Positions 18,394-26,705 of a DNA stretch of 64,000 bases are shown here, in pieces. The notes below the pieces were generated by a model, which saw only the letters and a program-made list of their open reading frames with translations, did not search any database and was not told where the DNA came from. Each line of letters starts with the position of its first letter. Within the stretch, counting starts at the first letter, position 1. The position numbers and the translations under genes are program-made. Source of the stretch: a virus. The stretch is taken from positions 10,017 through 74,016 of IMG/VR virus record IMGVR_UViG_2974606986_000001. One strand, given 5' to 3'.

Positions 18394-18698
18394 TTTTTCT
18401 TCCTTCTGAATGGAACTGTGTTTTCAACAATGGCATTTAATGCCATTAATTCCCGTTGCTGGTGGTGCGAAACTCCACCCAGCATCCCAGCCGTGGCGGA
18501 CGTATTCCCCCGGACGTCATAAAGAAGAGCGTTTGTTTCACGCTGGTTATGAATTAGCCCGCCAATATCACCGCGCAGGTTCTGGATAGCCGTGTGGACA
18601 TGCATCACTTGTGAAATAAGGAAGTGGCGATCCTTTTCTTCCTGGCGCTGTATTGCGCTGGGCGCGATGCGCGCCCGTAATGCCTCTTTGCTGATCAT
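18375..18698 (-). CDS. Hypothetical protein
   Basis: 107-aa ORF. Confidence 0.6.
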   Translation of the reverse strand: MISKEALRARIAPSAIQRQEEKDRHFLISQVMHVHTAIQNLRGDIGGLIHNQRETNALLYDVRGNTSATAGMLGGVSHHQQRELMALNAIVENTVPFRRKKKCRKTK

Positions 18699-18711
18699 GC
18701 TGCTGCGTTCC

Positions 18712-18813
18712 TTAAGTGTTATTCATGTACAGAAAAGCCAGCCATTCGATTAACGCGCCAGCCGCAGCCAGCACGATGACCACGATAGCGGCAAATCGAT
18801 AATTACTGATCAT
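18712..18813 (-). CDS. Small membrane peptide (33 aa), absent from ORF track
   Basis: MISNYRFAAIVVIVLAAAGALIEWLAFLYMNNT; ATGA overlap with upstream gene. Confidence 0.5.
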   Translation of the reverse strand: MISNYRFAAIVVIVLAAAGALIEWLAFLYMNNT

Positions 18814-19004
18814 ACCTTTCCGATCTTCAGTGTGATTACTTCGCCCTTACGAACCAGCATGCCTTCGACTTCAACCAAGCGGGCTGACTGAACCTTGTGA
18901 TGGTGCGCCAGTTCCATGACGGTTTCCCGCACTTCCTGCCGCAGCGCGTGCAGCTGCTCCACGGTCAGATCTTCCAGATTGAGAAGTTTGGTTTTGTCGG
19001 TCAT
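18810..19004 (-). CDS. Hypothetical protein
   Basis: 64-aa ORF with GAGG RBS. Confidence 0.6.
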   Translation of the reverse strand: MTDKTKLLNLEDLTVEQLHALRQEVRETVMELAHHHKVQSARLVEVEGMLVRKGEVITLKIGKV

Positions 19005-19174
19005 AGCGCCACCTCATACCCGCGATCACGCATTTCTTTGAGCACTGCCGACAGAAGGTTTTTTGACTTATCCAGCATTACGTGATCATGCTCCAGCAAG
19101 GCTTTCATGTGATCGCCAAAGTAGGTGATTAACATTTCGCGTAATTCAATGAAGGAAAGCTGTTGTAAATTCAT
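19001..19174 (-). CDS. Hypothetical protein
   Basis: ATG 19174 overlapping upstream stop. Confidence 0.55.
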   Translation of the reverse strand: MNLQQLSFIELREMLITYFGDHMKALLEHDHVMLDKSKNLLSAVLKEMRDRGYEVAL

Positions 19175-19563
19175 TTGGTGGCCTCGCAATACAACATATC
19201 ATCAGAATTAGGCAGCAGCAGACCGCCAGTGGCCGTCTGGCCTTTGCCGGTAATGAAATAAAGCTGCGTGCCGTTGCTTACGAACTCATATTGGGTGGTT
19301 TCAATCTCCGTGGTTTGCTGCACGCCGTTGACCACGGATCCATCACGCCGGGCCGTGCTGCCCATGATGCCTACATTGGTCCACGCCTTACCGTCGAAGG
19401 TGGCGACCTGCGCGCCCAGGATGTAATTCACGCTGAAGATTTTCCCTTCGTCGCAAAGGTATTTGACCGCCAGCACGTCTTCCTTAGGTAACGCCTGCGC
19501 GCTGGTGGCCGTGGCTGCCATGATCAGCGCCAGGCCAATCGCCGTTCGGGTATATCGTTTCAT
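19171..19563 (-). CDS. Exported periplasmic protein, MliC/PliC-like pattern
   Basis: Sec signal MKRYTRTAIGLALIMAATATSAQA; KYLCDEGKIFSVNY...ITGKGQTA...YCE with two Cys. Confidence 0.55.
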   Translation of the reverse strand: MKRYTRTAIGLALIMAATATSAQALPKEDVLAVKYLCDEGKIFSVNYILGAQVATFDGKAWTNVGIMGSTARRDGSVVNGVQQTTEIETTQYEFVSNGTQLYFITGKGQTATGGLLLPNSDDMLYCEATK

Positions 19564-19605
19564 GCTGTTCCTTAAAAGATGGCCCGGCGAACCGGGCAGA
19601 GTTAA

Positions 19606-20037
19606 TTAGAAGCGGCTATCCAGCCAGGCGTTTTTCTCGTTCTGATATTCCCAGGCTGCCTGACCACCGGCCATGATGACTTCCAGTGATGGGGTGTTGT
19701 CATCTTCGCCACCCTGCATTGACAGCCAATCTTCGTAACCTTCCATGTATTCAGATTCGTCTGCGACGTCCATATCGCCCAGGGCTTCAGCCAGTGACAT
19801 TTTTTTCAGCGCGACCATGTCAGCGGTAACATCATCCAGGCCAGCGCGTTTTGCTGCACCGAATTTCATTGTGCGTGCGATCAGGGTGTGGAAGGTAAGC
19901 GCGCTGAAACGGTCATAAAACACTTCAGCTTTTTTACCCCATTTAGGATCGGTGTAAGCGACGACATATCGAACAGTTTCGGTCAGGGTTGAAACAGTGG
20001 TGATGACGTAGTCTGATTCGCGGATGACGTTAAACAT
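19606..20037 (-). CDS. Hypothetical early protein
   Basis: 143 aa, GAGG RBS, directly after consensus promoter. Confidence 0.7.
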   Translation of the reverse strand: MFNVIRESDYVITTVSTLTETVRYVVAYTDPKWGKKAEVFYDRFSALTFHTLIARTMKFGAAKRAGLDDVTADMVALKKMSLAEALGDMDVADESEYMEGYEDWLSMQGGEDDNTPSLEVIMAGGQAAWEYQNEKNAWLDSRF

Positions 20038-20068
20038 TTTGCTTTACCTCTTTTGTTGGTGTCTTTAT

Positions 20069-20100
20069 ATAGTAATTAAACACGCATATGTCGTCAACCG
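20069..20100 (-). promoter_or_regulatory. Early sigma70-type promoter, conserved phage motif
   Basis: TTGACG(20097-20092)-17 bp-TACTAT(20074-20069). Confidence 0.8.
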
Positions 20101-20117
20101 ATATTTTGATTCAGACG

Positions 20118-20142
20118 AAAAAAAACCGGGCGGACCCGGCTT
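20118..20142 (-). terminator. Rho-independent terminator after spanins
   Basis: CCGGG-TCCG-CCCGG then T8 on minus strand. Confidence 0.7.
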
Positions 20143-20641
20143 AGTTTTTTCTGGCCTGCATGGCCCTGATGATGTCCTGAAGTTCATTCACTTTGTCGCG
20201 GAGTCGGTTCCCTTCGCGTCCGGTTTGAACAAGAAATTCGACATCAGCGTCTGATAATCCGCAGTCTCTGGCTCCATCAGTCGGGCGTCCACTGGCGGCA
20301 TTTTGGGACATGTCCCGATAACAGGTGAATTGTTCGCGCAGCCGCTTATTACCAGCGCGATAATCAGCCAGGGTTTTTTCATAGGTGCTATCTCTTAGTT
20401 TCTGATTGGCTGCGGACTTGCCCACGACGGCAGCAAACTTCTCTGCCCATGTGGCGTAATTATCAGCGTCGGTCTGCGCGGCTATGACCTGCGCGCGAAG
20501 ATCTGCCGCATCCCTTTCCAGCCATTTATCCTTCCAGTGGGAATTGACCAGCGCCCCGGATAGCGCCGCTGCCCCCAGCAAAAGCAGGGCGAAAACGCCC
20601 CACTTTAACCACGGCAGGATCCCGGCAGGAATGACCGGCAA
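20141..20641 (-). CDS. Rz: Inner-membrane spanin (Rz-like)
   Basis: N-terminal TM, coiled coil, C-terminal CGLSDADVEFLV...LQDIIRA; embedded lipoprotein gene. Confidence 0.8.
   Translation of the reverse strand: MPVIPAGILPWLKWGVFALLLLGAAALSGALVNSHWKDKWLERDAADLRAQVIAAQTDADNYATWAEKFAAVVGKSAANQKLRDSTYEKTLADYRAGNKRLREQFTCYRDMSQNAASGRPTDGARDCGLSDADVEFLVQTGREGNRLRDKVNELQDIIRAMQARKN
20188..20382 (-). CDS. Rz1: Outer-membrane spanin lipoprotein (Rz1-like), embedded in a different frame
   Basis: Lipobox ISGC, Pro-rich CPKMPPVDARLMEP; nested in i-spanin. Confidence 0.8.
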   Translation of the reverse strand: MKKPWLIIALVISGCANNSPVIGTCPKMPPVDARLMEPETADYQTLMSNFLFKPDAKGTDSATK

Positions 20642-20908
20642 CTACGGAAGAACCTTAGTGATCACGCTGGCAGACATGCCCAGGGAAATGTCGACGAACT
20701 CGCGCGTTTCCTTATCCTCGAACTGGATCTGGTGTTCAGACTGCTTAACCTTGCCAGTGCTGAAGCCGTGATAAATGATCTTGTCCATCTGATAGACGGT
20801 GATTTCATGCGGCTTACCATAAGCGCTGTAACCGGCCATGGTAGTGTCAGTACAGCCGACAGAAAGCGCAGCAGCGGCCACCAGTGCGGCCAGAATGATT
20901 TTTTTCAT
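20642..20908 (-). CDS. Lipoprotein
   Basis: MKKIILAALVAAAALSVGC lipobox; ATG 20908. Confidence 0.7.
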   Translation of the reverse strand: MKKIILAALVAAAALSVGCTDTTMAGYSAYGKPHEITVYQMDKIIYHGFSTGKVKQSEHQIQFEDKETREFVDISLGMSASVITKVLP

Positions 20909-20910
20909 CG

Positions 20911-21036
20911 TTAAGAGATCCAGTTTAAGTGTGAGTATAAAAAGTGCATCAGCCATATAGCGCCGCCGATAATCGCCACGATTCCGATGATGGAAAGGAT
21001 CATGGCAGTGAAAAAACAGCCCGTGTAATCCTGCAT
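20911..21036 (-). CDS. Small membrane protein (41 aa)
   Basis: MQDYTGCFFTAMILSIIGIVAIIGGAIWLMHFLY... Confidence 0.5.
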   Translation of the reverse strand: MQDYTGCFFTAMILSIIGIVAIIGGAIWLMHFLYSHLNWIS

Positions 21037-21037
21037 G

Positions 21038-21433
21038 CTATCGACCGACCTTTGATGGTAAAGGCTTTGACAGTTCATCCAGGACGGCTTCGGTTTCATG
21101 CATAACATGGCTGTGATGCGCCCGATGCAGGTCGGTGATAAGTGGGTCCTGACTGTCCAAGCATTCGCCCAGCAAAGCGCTATAGCCAATCATGTCGACG
21201 ATATTGTCGATTTTGAATTTGCGCTGATTGCGTACCTGCTTCAGCACGATCAGTAACGTCCAGACGTCGGCTTCAGTCAGTTCCTTGCCGGTCAGGGCAT
21301 TGAACACGGCAGCCACTTTCGCAGCGCTGCGCTCCTGCCCGGCATCATAGCCGTTATCGGTGCCGCGCTGATCAACGGTATTGGCCGCCATGCCGGTGAA
21401 CTGATGCGGCCTTAATGGGATCTTAGTATTCAT
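21038..21433 (-). CDS. DUF6378-like all-helical protein (possible dNTP pyrophosphatase relative)
   Basis: QRG..YD...ERSAAKVAAVFNAL...VWTLLIVLKQVR...DNIVDMIGYSAL. Confidence 0.6.
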   Translation of the reverse strand: MNTKIPLRPHQFTGMAANTVDQRGTDNGYDAGQERSAAKVAAVFNALTGKELTEADVWTLLIVLKQVRNQRKFKIDNIVDMIGYSALLGECLDSQDPLITDLHRAHHSHVMHETEAVLDELSKPLPSKVGR

Positions 21434-21878
21434 TCCAGTTCAAATCCTCGGTGAACTCTGTATGCCCCAGCGGCATTTCAGAAGGTGGGTTATGCGGATT
21501 CTGTCCGATGTATTCCAGCGCCTTTTCAGCCTGGGCCATCTGGACTTGTAGTTTCCACAATCGCATTTCCTGGCGCGCTCTGAATGAATTCCACGCCATG
21601 ATGGGATCTTCGAAACAGAATGACCGGGCCGCGCGCTTCATCACCTTGCGAACGGGATAACCAAAAATCCTTTTCGGCATCGGCCCGCCAGCCATCACCG
21701 CCCGCAAATCGGCATCCAGAACATTTCTGTTTGTTTCTTCATTCACGACGAAGTAATAGCAGCGGGTTTCGGCAATAGCGATGAACTGCTGTTGGATGAT
21801 TCTCACGCCATCCCGATCAAGCGTGGTTGCGTATCGAAACAGCTTTGGCCGGTTCTGGGGTTCAATTACTGTTGGCAT
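21423..21878 (-). CDS. Hypothetical protein
   Basis: 151-aa ORF. Confidence 0.7.
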   Translation of the reverse strand: MPTVIEPQNRPKLFRYATTLDRDGVRIIQQQFIAIAETRCYYFVVNEETNRNVLDADLRAVMAGGPMPKRIFGYPVRKVMKRAARSFCFEDPIMAWNSFRARQEMRLWKLQVQMAQAEKALEYIGQNPHNPPSEMPLGHTEFTEDLNWNEY

Positions 21879-22225
21879 CTGTCACACCCTCCACACTCGA
21901 CATCATCAACAACCTGAACGGCATACGTGATGAACAGAACGTAATTCATGTGTTGCCAGTAAGATTCAGTTACGGCCAGCTGGTAACCGTTATCGCCACG
22001 TTTAAAGATCACCCAGCCAGCAGCATGTAACCCTTCAAGGATCGCCACCTCTTCAGCGTTAACGCGGCGTGCGTCAATAGCGCCGCCATTCATGACGACA
22101 TATTGAATGTAAGGTAATAGACGCACCTCGCGCGTTGTCAGTTCCCGTTCGACCGCTGCCTGATAATAGGCCGCTGCGCGCGGATTAATGCTGCCACGCG
22201 GCGGAATAAAAATGGTTTTGCTCAT
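21866..22225 (-). CDS. Hypothetical protein, possible winged helix
   Basis: 119-aa ORF; ELRLLPYIQYVVMN-type phage motif. Confidence 0.65.
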   Translation of the reverse strand: MSKTIFIPPRGSINPRAAAYYQAAVERELTTREVRLLPYIQYVVMNGGAIDARRVNAEEVAILEGLHAAGWVIFKRGDNGYQLAVTESYWQHMNYVLFITYAVQVVDDVECGGCDRCQQ

Positions 22226-22938
22226 TGTGTAGATCCTTCACTGTTAGACTGGAATACGGCTTCCGCAAATCCGCGCGGGGTGGCGCTGCGGATCTTCTTC
22301 GTCCGGTCGGACCTGCCGCCGGTTTTTTTGTACTGCGTCGAATAACCAGCGTTGACCGCCACTGGTTTTTTCGGTGGCATAACAAAGCCATTGCCGGACC
22401 AGATCGCCGTTTTCTTCGGGTAAGCATCACGCGCTTTGATATGGTCAGGGAACAGCGGGTGGATGTCATCAGCTGGCAGATAGCCGCCATACTCCCACGG
22501 GTGGAAGTAATGGTCCGGCTTTCGCCATAGCGATGACAGCATGCTGACCGGGTTTTCGGCAATCCATGGACACTGCCATCGATTGCCCATTACTTCGACA
22601 AACTTCGCCCGGCCAGCAGCGATGTTCTGGCATTCAGGATCTAAAGCCAGTTTACCTTTAAACCAGCGTGACCCGGACACCGCCATGTCATCGCACGGCG
22701 GGAACCCGGCGACGAATGCAACATCACCATTACCGACGATAGCGACCAGCTTTTTCAGTGTGTCGAAATCATCTTCTATCTTCATGCCGATTTTGATTAT
22801 GCCGGGACGTTCATGATCGATGCTGACACCGTCAGGGTGTTTCATGTCGACCAGAAAGCAGGTGTAGCCAGCCTTGCGCCATGGGTCCGCAGCGAACCCG
22901 GTTTCGTCATACAAAAAAACAGCCTTACTGCGTTTCAT
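22222..22938 (-). CDS. DNA cytosine-C5 methyltransferase (short phage type)
   Basis: Motif I variant LYDETG..ADPW, catalytic GFPPC, ENPV motif VI. Confidence 0.8.
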   Translation of the reverse strand: MKRSKAVFLYDETGFAADPWRKAGYTCFLVDMKHPDGVSIDHERPGIIKIGMKIEDDFDTLKKLVAIVGNGDVAFVAGFPPCDDMAVSGSRWFKGKLALDPECQNIAAGRAKFVEVMGNRWQCPWIAENPVSMLSSLWRKPDHYFHPWEYGGYLPADDIHPLFPDHIKARDAYPKKTAIWSGNGFVMPPKKPVAVNAGYSTQYKKTGGRSDRTKKIRSATPRGFAEAVFQSNSEGSTQ

Positions 22939-23207
22939 GTCGCCTTCCTTTGCCTTAAGTGATAGCCCGTAATTTTCATGACTCTTCCTTCAGTGGTGCC
23001 GACATACCATCGTTCACATAGGGGCTGATCACGCCTTGAAACCAGTATTTCAACCGCCACACCACCTTCTTTTACATCGGTATTTCTGCGAAGAAAGGTA
23101 TACCGAACGCCATCTATCATGACCGCTTCGCCAACCTTCAGCGACATCACATTAACCAGTTTCAGGCGCGGGATGGTTCCCTGAAAGTTAGTCGGGTAAA
23201 GGATCAT
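22935..23207 (-). CDS. Hypothetical protein
   Basis: 90-aa ORF, 4-bp overlaps. Confidence 0.6.
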   Translation of the reverse strand: MILYPTNFQGTIPRLKLVNVMSLKVGEAVMIDGVRYTFLRRNTDVKEGGVAVEILVSRRDQPLCERWYVGTTEGRVMKITGYHLRQRKAT

Positions 23208-23497
23208 ATTGTGATGATCCCATACACATGGCGCAGGCTACCCAGGAAGCGGGTGGCCTCTTCAGCTGATTTGAAATACAGCGATTTGAAGTGATAGTCG
23301 CGCTCATACTGGCCGCGCTGGTAAATGAATTGCGCGTTGCCGCCGTCATCCAGGTAGCGGGTGAAATCGCGCGTGGCCGTGGGGGCCGATACGCCGAACA
23401 TGTCCTGGACGTCAGCACGGATCGCGGTGCCGCGCGTGCTGAACGTGGCATCGATAAACTTCTGTCGAATGATTTGGCTTTTGGTTGATTCGCTCAT
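23204..23497 (-). CDS. Stand-alone CapW/BrxR-type winged helix-turn-helix protein, no WYL domain
   Basis: QIIRQKFID...RGTAIRADVQDMFGVSAPTATRDFTRY...N...Y...FKSLY..SA...RFL matches the N-terminal wHTH of CapW/BrxR as I recall it. Confidence 0.7.
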   Translation of the reverse strand: MSESTKSQIIRQKFIDATFSTRGTAIRADVQDMFGVSAPTATRDFTRYLDDGGNAQFIYQRGQYERDYHFKSLYFKSAEEATRFLGSLRHVYGIITI

Positions 23498-23508
23498 AAG
23501 TCACCATT

Positions 23509-23530
23509 AAAAAAGCGCCCGCAGGCGCTT
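23509..23530 (-). terminator. Rho-independent terminator after tciB-like gene
   Basis: AAGCGCC-TGCG-GGCGCTT-TTTT on minus strand. Confidence 0.65.
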
Positions 23531-23539
23531 AGGGTTATG

Positions 23540-23704
23540 TCACCAGATCTTCTTCACCAGCGGCCAGGCTAAGAAAATCACCGCCGCCATGAACAGCCCG
23601 TCTGTAAAGGCGCTGATAACATAATAGATAGAATCGACAAACACTGATAACAACATCAGGATCGCTATTGCGACCACGCGCGCTTTATCAGAGATTTTAG
23701 CCAC
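23540..23704 (-). CDS. TciB-like two-helix membrane protein (54 aa), absent from ORF track
   Basis: MAKISDKARVVAIAILMLLSVFVDSIYYVISAFTDGLFMAAVIFLAWPLVKKIW; coupled to TerB-like gene as in P1 tciAB. Confidence 0.6.
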   Translation of the reverse strand: MAKISDKARVVAIAILMLLSVFVDSIYYVISAFTDGLFMAAVIFLAWPLVKKIW

Positions 23705-24149
23705 GGTATGCCACGCCCAGCGCGCCTGCGATTTCTTTCAGGACAGCGCGTTCTTCGTCGCTGATGCCGCCGTTGTCGGCTACGGTTTCAATACAGGCGA
23801 AAGCCAGTTCGGCATCTGCCGGTGAACTGCGCAGGTCGCCCAGCTCGCGGAGTGCGGACAGTTTGCCCAGCTTGTAACCGGCGCGAAGTTTTTTGCTGTA
23901 GCGGTCAACCAGGCCTGGAACGTCTGAAGCCCATGCGGTGAATGACTCTTCCGCCTCCAGCAGGTTCAGAAGTGACGTGATTTCATCATCGTCACAGGTG
24001 CCATCAGCAAATGAAACCAGCAGAGAACCAGAAATAACGGCCTCTACCAGATCTTTGGAAATGCGTTTTTCCAGGTTCTGTTCAGCGGTCGCTGCTGATT
24101 TTTTAATGTCAGCGGTTTTTGATGCAAACAGTTTGCCTAACAAGCCCAT
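23697..24149 (-). CDS. TerB-family protein (P1 TciA-like)
   Basis: DLVEAVISGSLLVSFADGTCDDDEI...ALRELGDL...VADNGGISDEERAVLKEIAGALG. Confidence 0.8.
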   Translation of the reverse strand: MGLLGKLFASKTADIKKSAATAEQNLEKRISKDLVEAVISGSLLVSFADGTCDDDEITSLLNLLEAEESFTAWASDVPGLVDRYSKKLRAGYKLGKLSALRELGDLRSSPADAELAFACIETVADNGGISDEERAVLKEIAGALGVAYRG

Positions 24150-24182
24150 GTTAATTCCTCATTGTATGTTGTCCGCCGTCGG

Positions 24183-24226
24183 GTGACGACAGGCGATACA
24201 GTAATCATAATGCTGTAGGGTGTCAA
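24183..24226. promoter_or_regulatory. Overlapping opposed promoter pair
   Basis: Minus: TTGACA(24226-24221)-17-TACTGT(24203-24198). Plus: GTGACG(24183-88)-17-CATAAT(24206-11). Confidence 0.6.
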
Positions 24227-24308
24227 TGGGTTTTCTGTCGGGATATGATGATTTTCTACTTTACCGGGAACGCTATCCCAACCAATAAACAACCGACAGG
24301 AATTCATC

Positions 24309-24626
24309 ATGGCCGCTGCTAAACCACAAGAAACCATCATCATCGAAAACGTATCCCGCCGCCTGCACATCATCGCTGGTGTTTACCTTGCCCCTACTCA
24401 GGCGCAAAGTTTCCCGGCTGAAGTGCTGAATAACGGTGGTGTAAAAATCGCTTTCGACCTGAACGAACTTAAGCTGGGCGAAGAAATTAAAAACCCGATC
24501 ACCGATGAGAAAGAAGCCGAAAAAGAACTGGAACGCCGCGCAGCTGAACGTGCTGGCAAAGGCGGTCAGATGGCGAAGACTGACGCTTCCGGCGCACCAG
24601 CGGCTAAAGTTAACGCGGGTAAATAA
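24309..24626 (+). CDS. Virion morphogenesis protein (head-completion region)
   Basis: First gene of neck/tail block; AGGA RBS. Confidence 0.6.
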   Translation: MAAAKPQETIIIENVSRRLHIIAGVYLAPTQAQSFPAEVLNNGGVKIAFDLNELKLGEEIKNPITDEKEAEKELERRAAERAGKGGQMAKTDASGAPAAKVNAGK

Positions 24627-24629
24627 TCC

Positions 24630-25121
24630 ATGAATGCGGCGCTGATCGCGGGGAAAACCCCGCTGGAAATTTTCCGGGTGTATGCCTTCGAACTGAAGAC
24701 CTTCCCTGACGATGTTGTCCAGCCTTACATCGATCTGGCCGACATGATGTTCGACGCTCAATGCTATGGGGATTTTGCGCCGCTATTTCTGGCTTTGATG
24801 GCTGCCCATCTGATGGTGATTCCGGGCGGTGTCGCGGCATCGTCAAACAGCAGCGGCGGCGGCCCGAATGGGATTAAGTCGATCAAGGAAGGTGATTTAC
24901 AGATCACCTATACCGACCCCGGAACATCGAAGGATTCAAGCGCGATGACGTTCAAAGCATGGCTGGACCTGTCGCGGTTCGGCCAGCTTATCGCGCAGCT
25001 GCGGCGAACCATGGGAATGGGCCATGGCATCATGACGCGTGGACCGGCTGCGGCCTGCACTGCCGACAGCTTCCACTTCCCGAACAGCATGATGGATATC
25101 CTGACTAACCGTGGCCGTTAG
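24630..25121 (+). CDS. Head-tail adaptor (DUF4054-like)
   Basis: LALMAAHLM...IKSIKEGDLQITY...WLDLSRFGQ motif. Confidence 0.8.
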   Translation: MNAALIAGKTPLEIFRVYAFELKTFPDDVVQPYIDLADMMFDAQCYGDFAPLFLALMAAHLMVIPGGVAASSNSSGGGPNGIKSIKEGDLQITYTDPGTSKDSSAMTFKAWLDLSRFGQLIAQLRRTMGMGHGIMTRGPAAACTADSFHFPNSMMDILTNRGR

Positions 25122-25647
25122 CCGGATTAAGATCAAGGATGATCGTAAAGAATGGGACAAGCTGGAACGCCGGGTCAAACGCATGCAAACGAAACACGTT
25201 GTTTCGGGCATTACGCATGACTCCGGGGAAAACCCAGACCCGTTCGGACCCACTGTCGCTGAATATGCCACCATCAATGAATTAGGGCTGGGCGTTACCG
25301 CCCGACCTTTCATGGCGCATTACTTCGACGGCAAACAAGCCCAGATAACCCGCTTCGCAAATAACGCCGCACGCCAGGTGGTGTTCGGTAACGCGTCACT
25401 TGATCAGGCTCTTTCCGCCATCGGGCTTTACGTCCAGAAAGGCATTCAGGAAAGCATATCGACGGCGTATCAGTGGGCAGCGCCAAACGCCCCGGCAACC
25501 ATCGAAATGAAGACCAAAAAAGCACACTGGAACGCGGCTTCACCCATTGGCCCGATGATGCCGAAACCATTGATAGACCATGGCATCATGTTGAACAGCG
25601 TCACGTTTGACATCCGAATGGGCATGCTGACAGCGACAAAATCATAG
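25111..25647 (+). CDS. Neck/tail completion protein (virion morphogenesis family)
   Basis: AEYATINELG..ARPFM...APNAPATIEMK...KPLIDHGIMLNSVTF. Confidence 0.8.
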   Translation: MAVSRIKIKDDRKEWDKLERRVKRMQTKHVVSGITHDSGENPDPFGPTVAEYATINELGLGVTARPFMAHYFDGKQAQITRFANNAARQVVFGNASLDQALSAIGLYVQKGIQESISTAYQWAAPNAPATIEMKTKKAHWNAASPIGPMMPKPLIDHGIMLNSVTFDIRMGMLTATKS

Positions 25648-25654
25648 GTGACTC

Positions 25655-26176
25655 ATGACCATTGCCCAGACCCCCTTTAATTCCGTATTCAGAAAGGAAC
25701 GCGAAGTCCGCGTCTTTATGCCCGATGCTTTTGAATATGGTGTGATTAAACATGACCCGACCGTCATCAGCGCAAATCTGTTTTTCAGCGTGCAGCGGCT
25801 GCCGGATGACAAAGCGAAAGCACTGGAAGCGCGCGGCATTGTCGGGCGTGAACTAAAGCGCCTCTACGGTCACGTTTTCATGCCTATGGAAAATGAAGCG
25901 CTGGTGGGCTTTAAGCCAGGCCCGGCAGAACCGACCGACTTCGTTTTCATGGACCATCAGAACCAGCCGCGAATCGCGCTGTTTTATCGGCCTGATTTCG
26001 GCGCTGCTCCAGCAGCGACACCCGGCCAGCGTTCGCCAACCTGCCCGGCTGCCCGCGTGAAAATCGATGGCGTCTGGTTTGAAGTGGTGAACCGAATCGA
26101 AATGCTGAATGGCGTCCTGTCCAACTATGAATACCACGTCGCGAGGCTTCCACTGGATGAGCAACTATCAGCCTGA
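25655..26176 (+). CDS. Head closure / head-tail joining protein
   Basis: Synteny; SVQRL...DGVWFEVV motif. Confidence 0.6.
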   Translation: MTIAQTPFNSVFRKEREVRVFMPDAFEYGVIKHDPTVISANLFFSVQRLPDDKAKALEARGIVGRELKRLYGHVFMPMENEALVGFKPGPAEPTDFVFMDHQNQPRIALFYRPDFGAAPAATPGQRSPTCPAARVKIDGVWFEVVNRIEMLNGVLSNYEYHVARLPLDEQLSA

Positions 26177-26705
26177 TGTTTTAGAAAAGGCATTGTGGGA
26201 CATCCTGCAACCGCTAATTAACCGCGCCAGCGTTCCGGCAGATATTGAAGCATTACGCTTCACCCATCAGTCAGCTGGCGAATGGTCAGATCGTTATGCA
26301 ACGTTGCAGGTGGTCAGCCGTCAGCCACAAGGGCAGGATGAACAGCTGGGCTTTGATGATGTCACTGGCGAATACTTCTACAAGGGCCAGCGTAACGGCC
26401 AGGTGTCGGTGACGTTCCATGGTGATCAAGCGTCATGGCGTGCCGAAAACCTGGTCAGCTCGCTGTCGACTGAAACAGCTAAAGACCTTTGCCAGGATCA
26501 GCGCGTCGCGCTATTCAGCCCGAAGTTGCTGAACAACGTCCCGATTCGTGATAAGGAACGATGGCTCCAGGGTGCCGCCGTTGTCATCGGCTACCGCGTT
26601 GCCTATAAGTTCAGCGACACCGTTGGCATTATTGAGATCGTCGATCTGACCGCCTTCACCAATAAAGACCCGATCCATAAAGTCATCAACATTCAGACCC
26701 CGTAA
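26157..26705 (+). CDS. Tail terminator / sheath stabiliser
   Basis: Synteny just before sheath; DTVGIIEIVDLT C-terminal motif; ATG 26157. Confidence 0.65.
   Translation: MSNYQPDVLEKALWDILQPLINRASVPADIEALRFTHQSAGEWSDRYATLQVVSRQPQGQDEQLGFDDVTGEYFYKGQRNGQVSVTFHGDQASWRAENLVSSLSTETAKDLCQDQRVALFSPKLLNNVPIRDKERWLQGAAVVIGYRVAYKFSDTVGIIEIVDLTAFTNKDPIHKVINIQTP

Noticed and set aside
23697-24149. Tellurite-resistance operon
   Set aside because: Only a lone TerB-fold gene; no terZACDE; context matches phage tciAB
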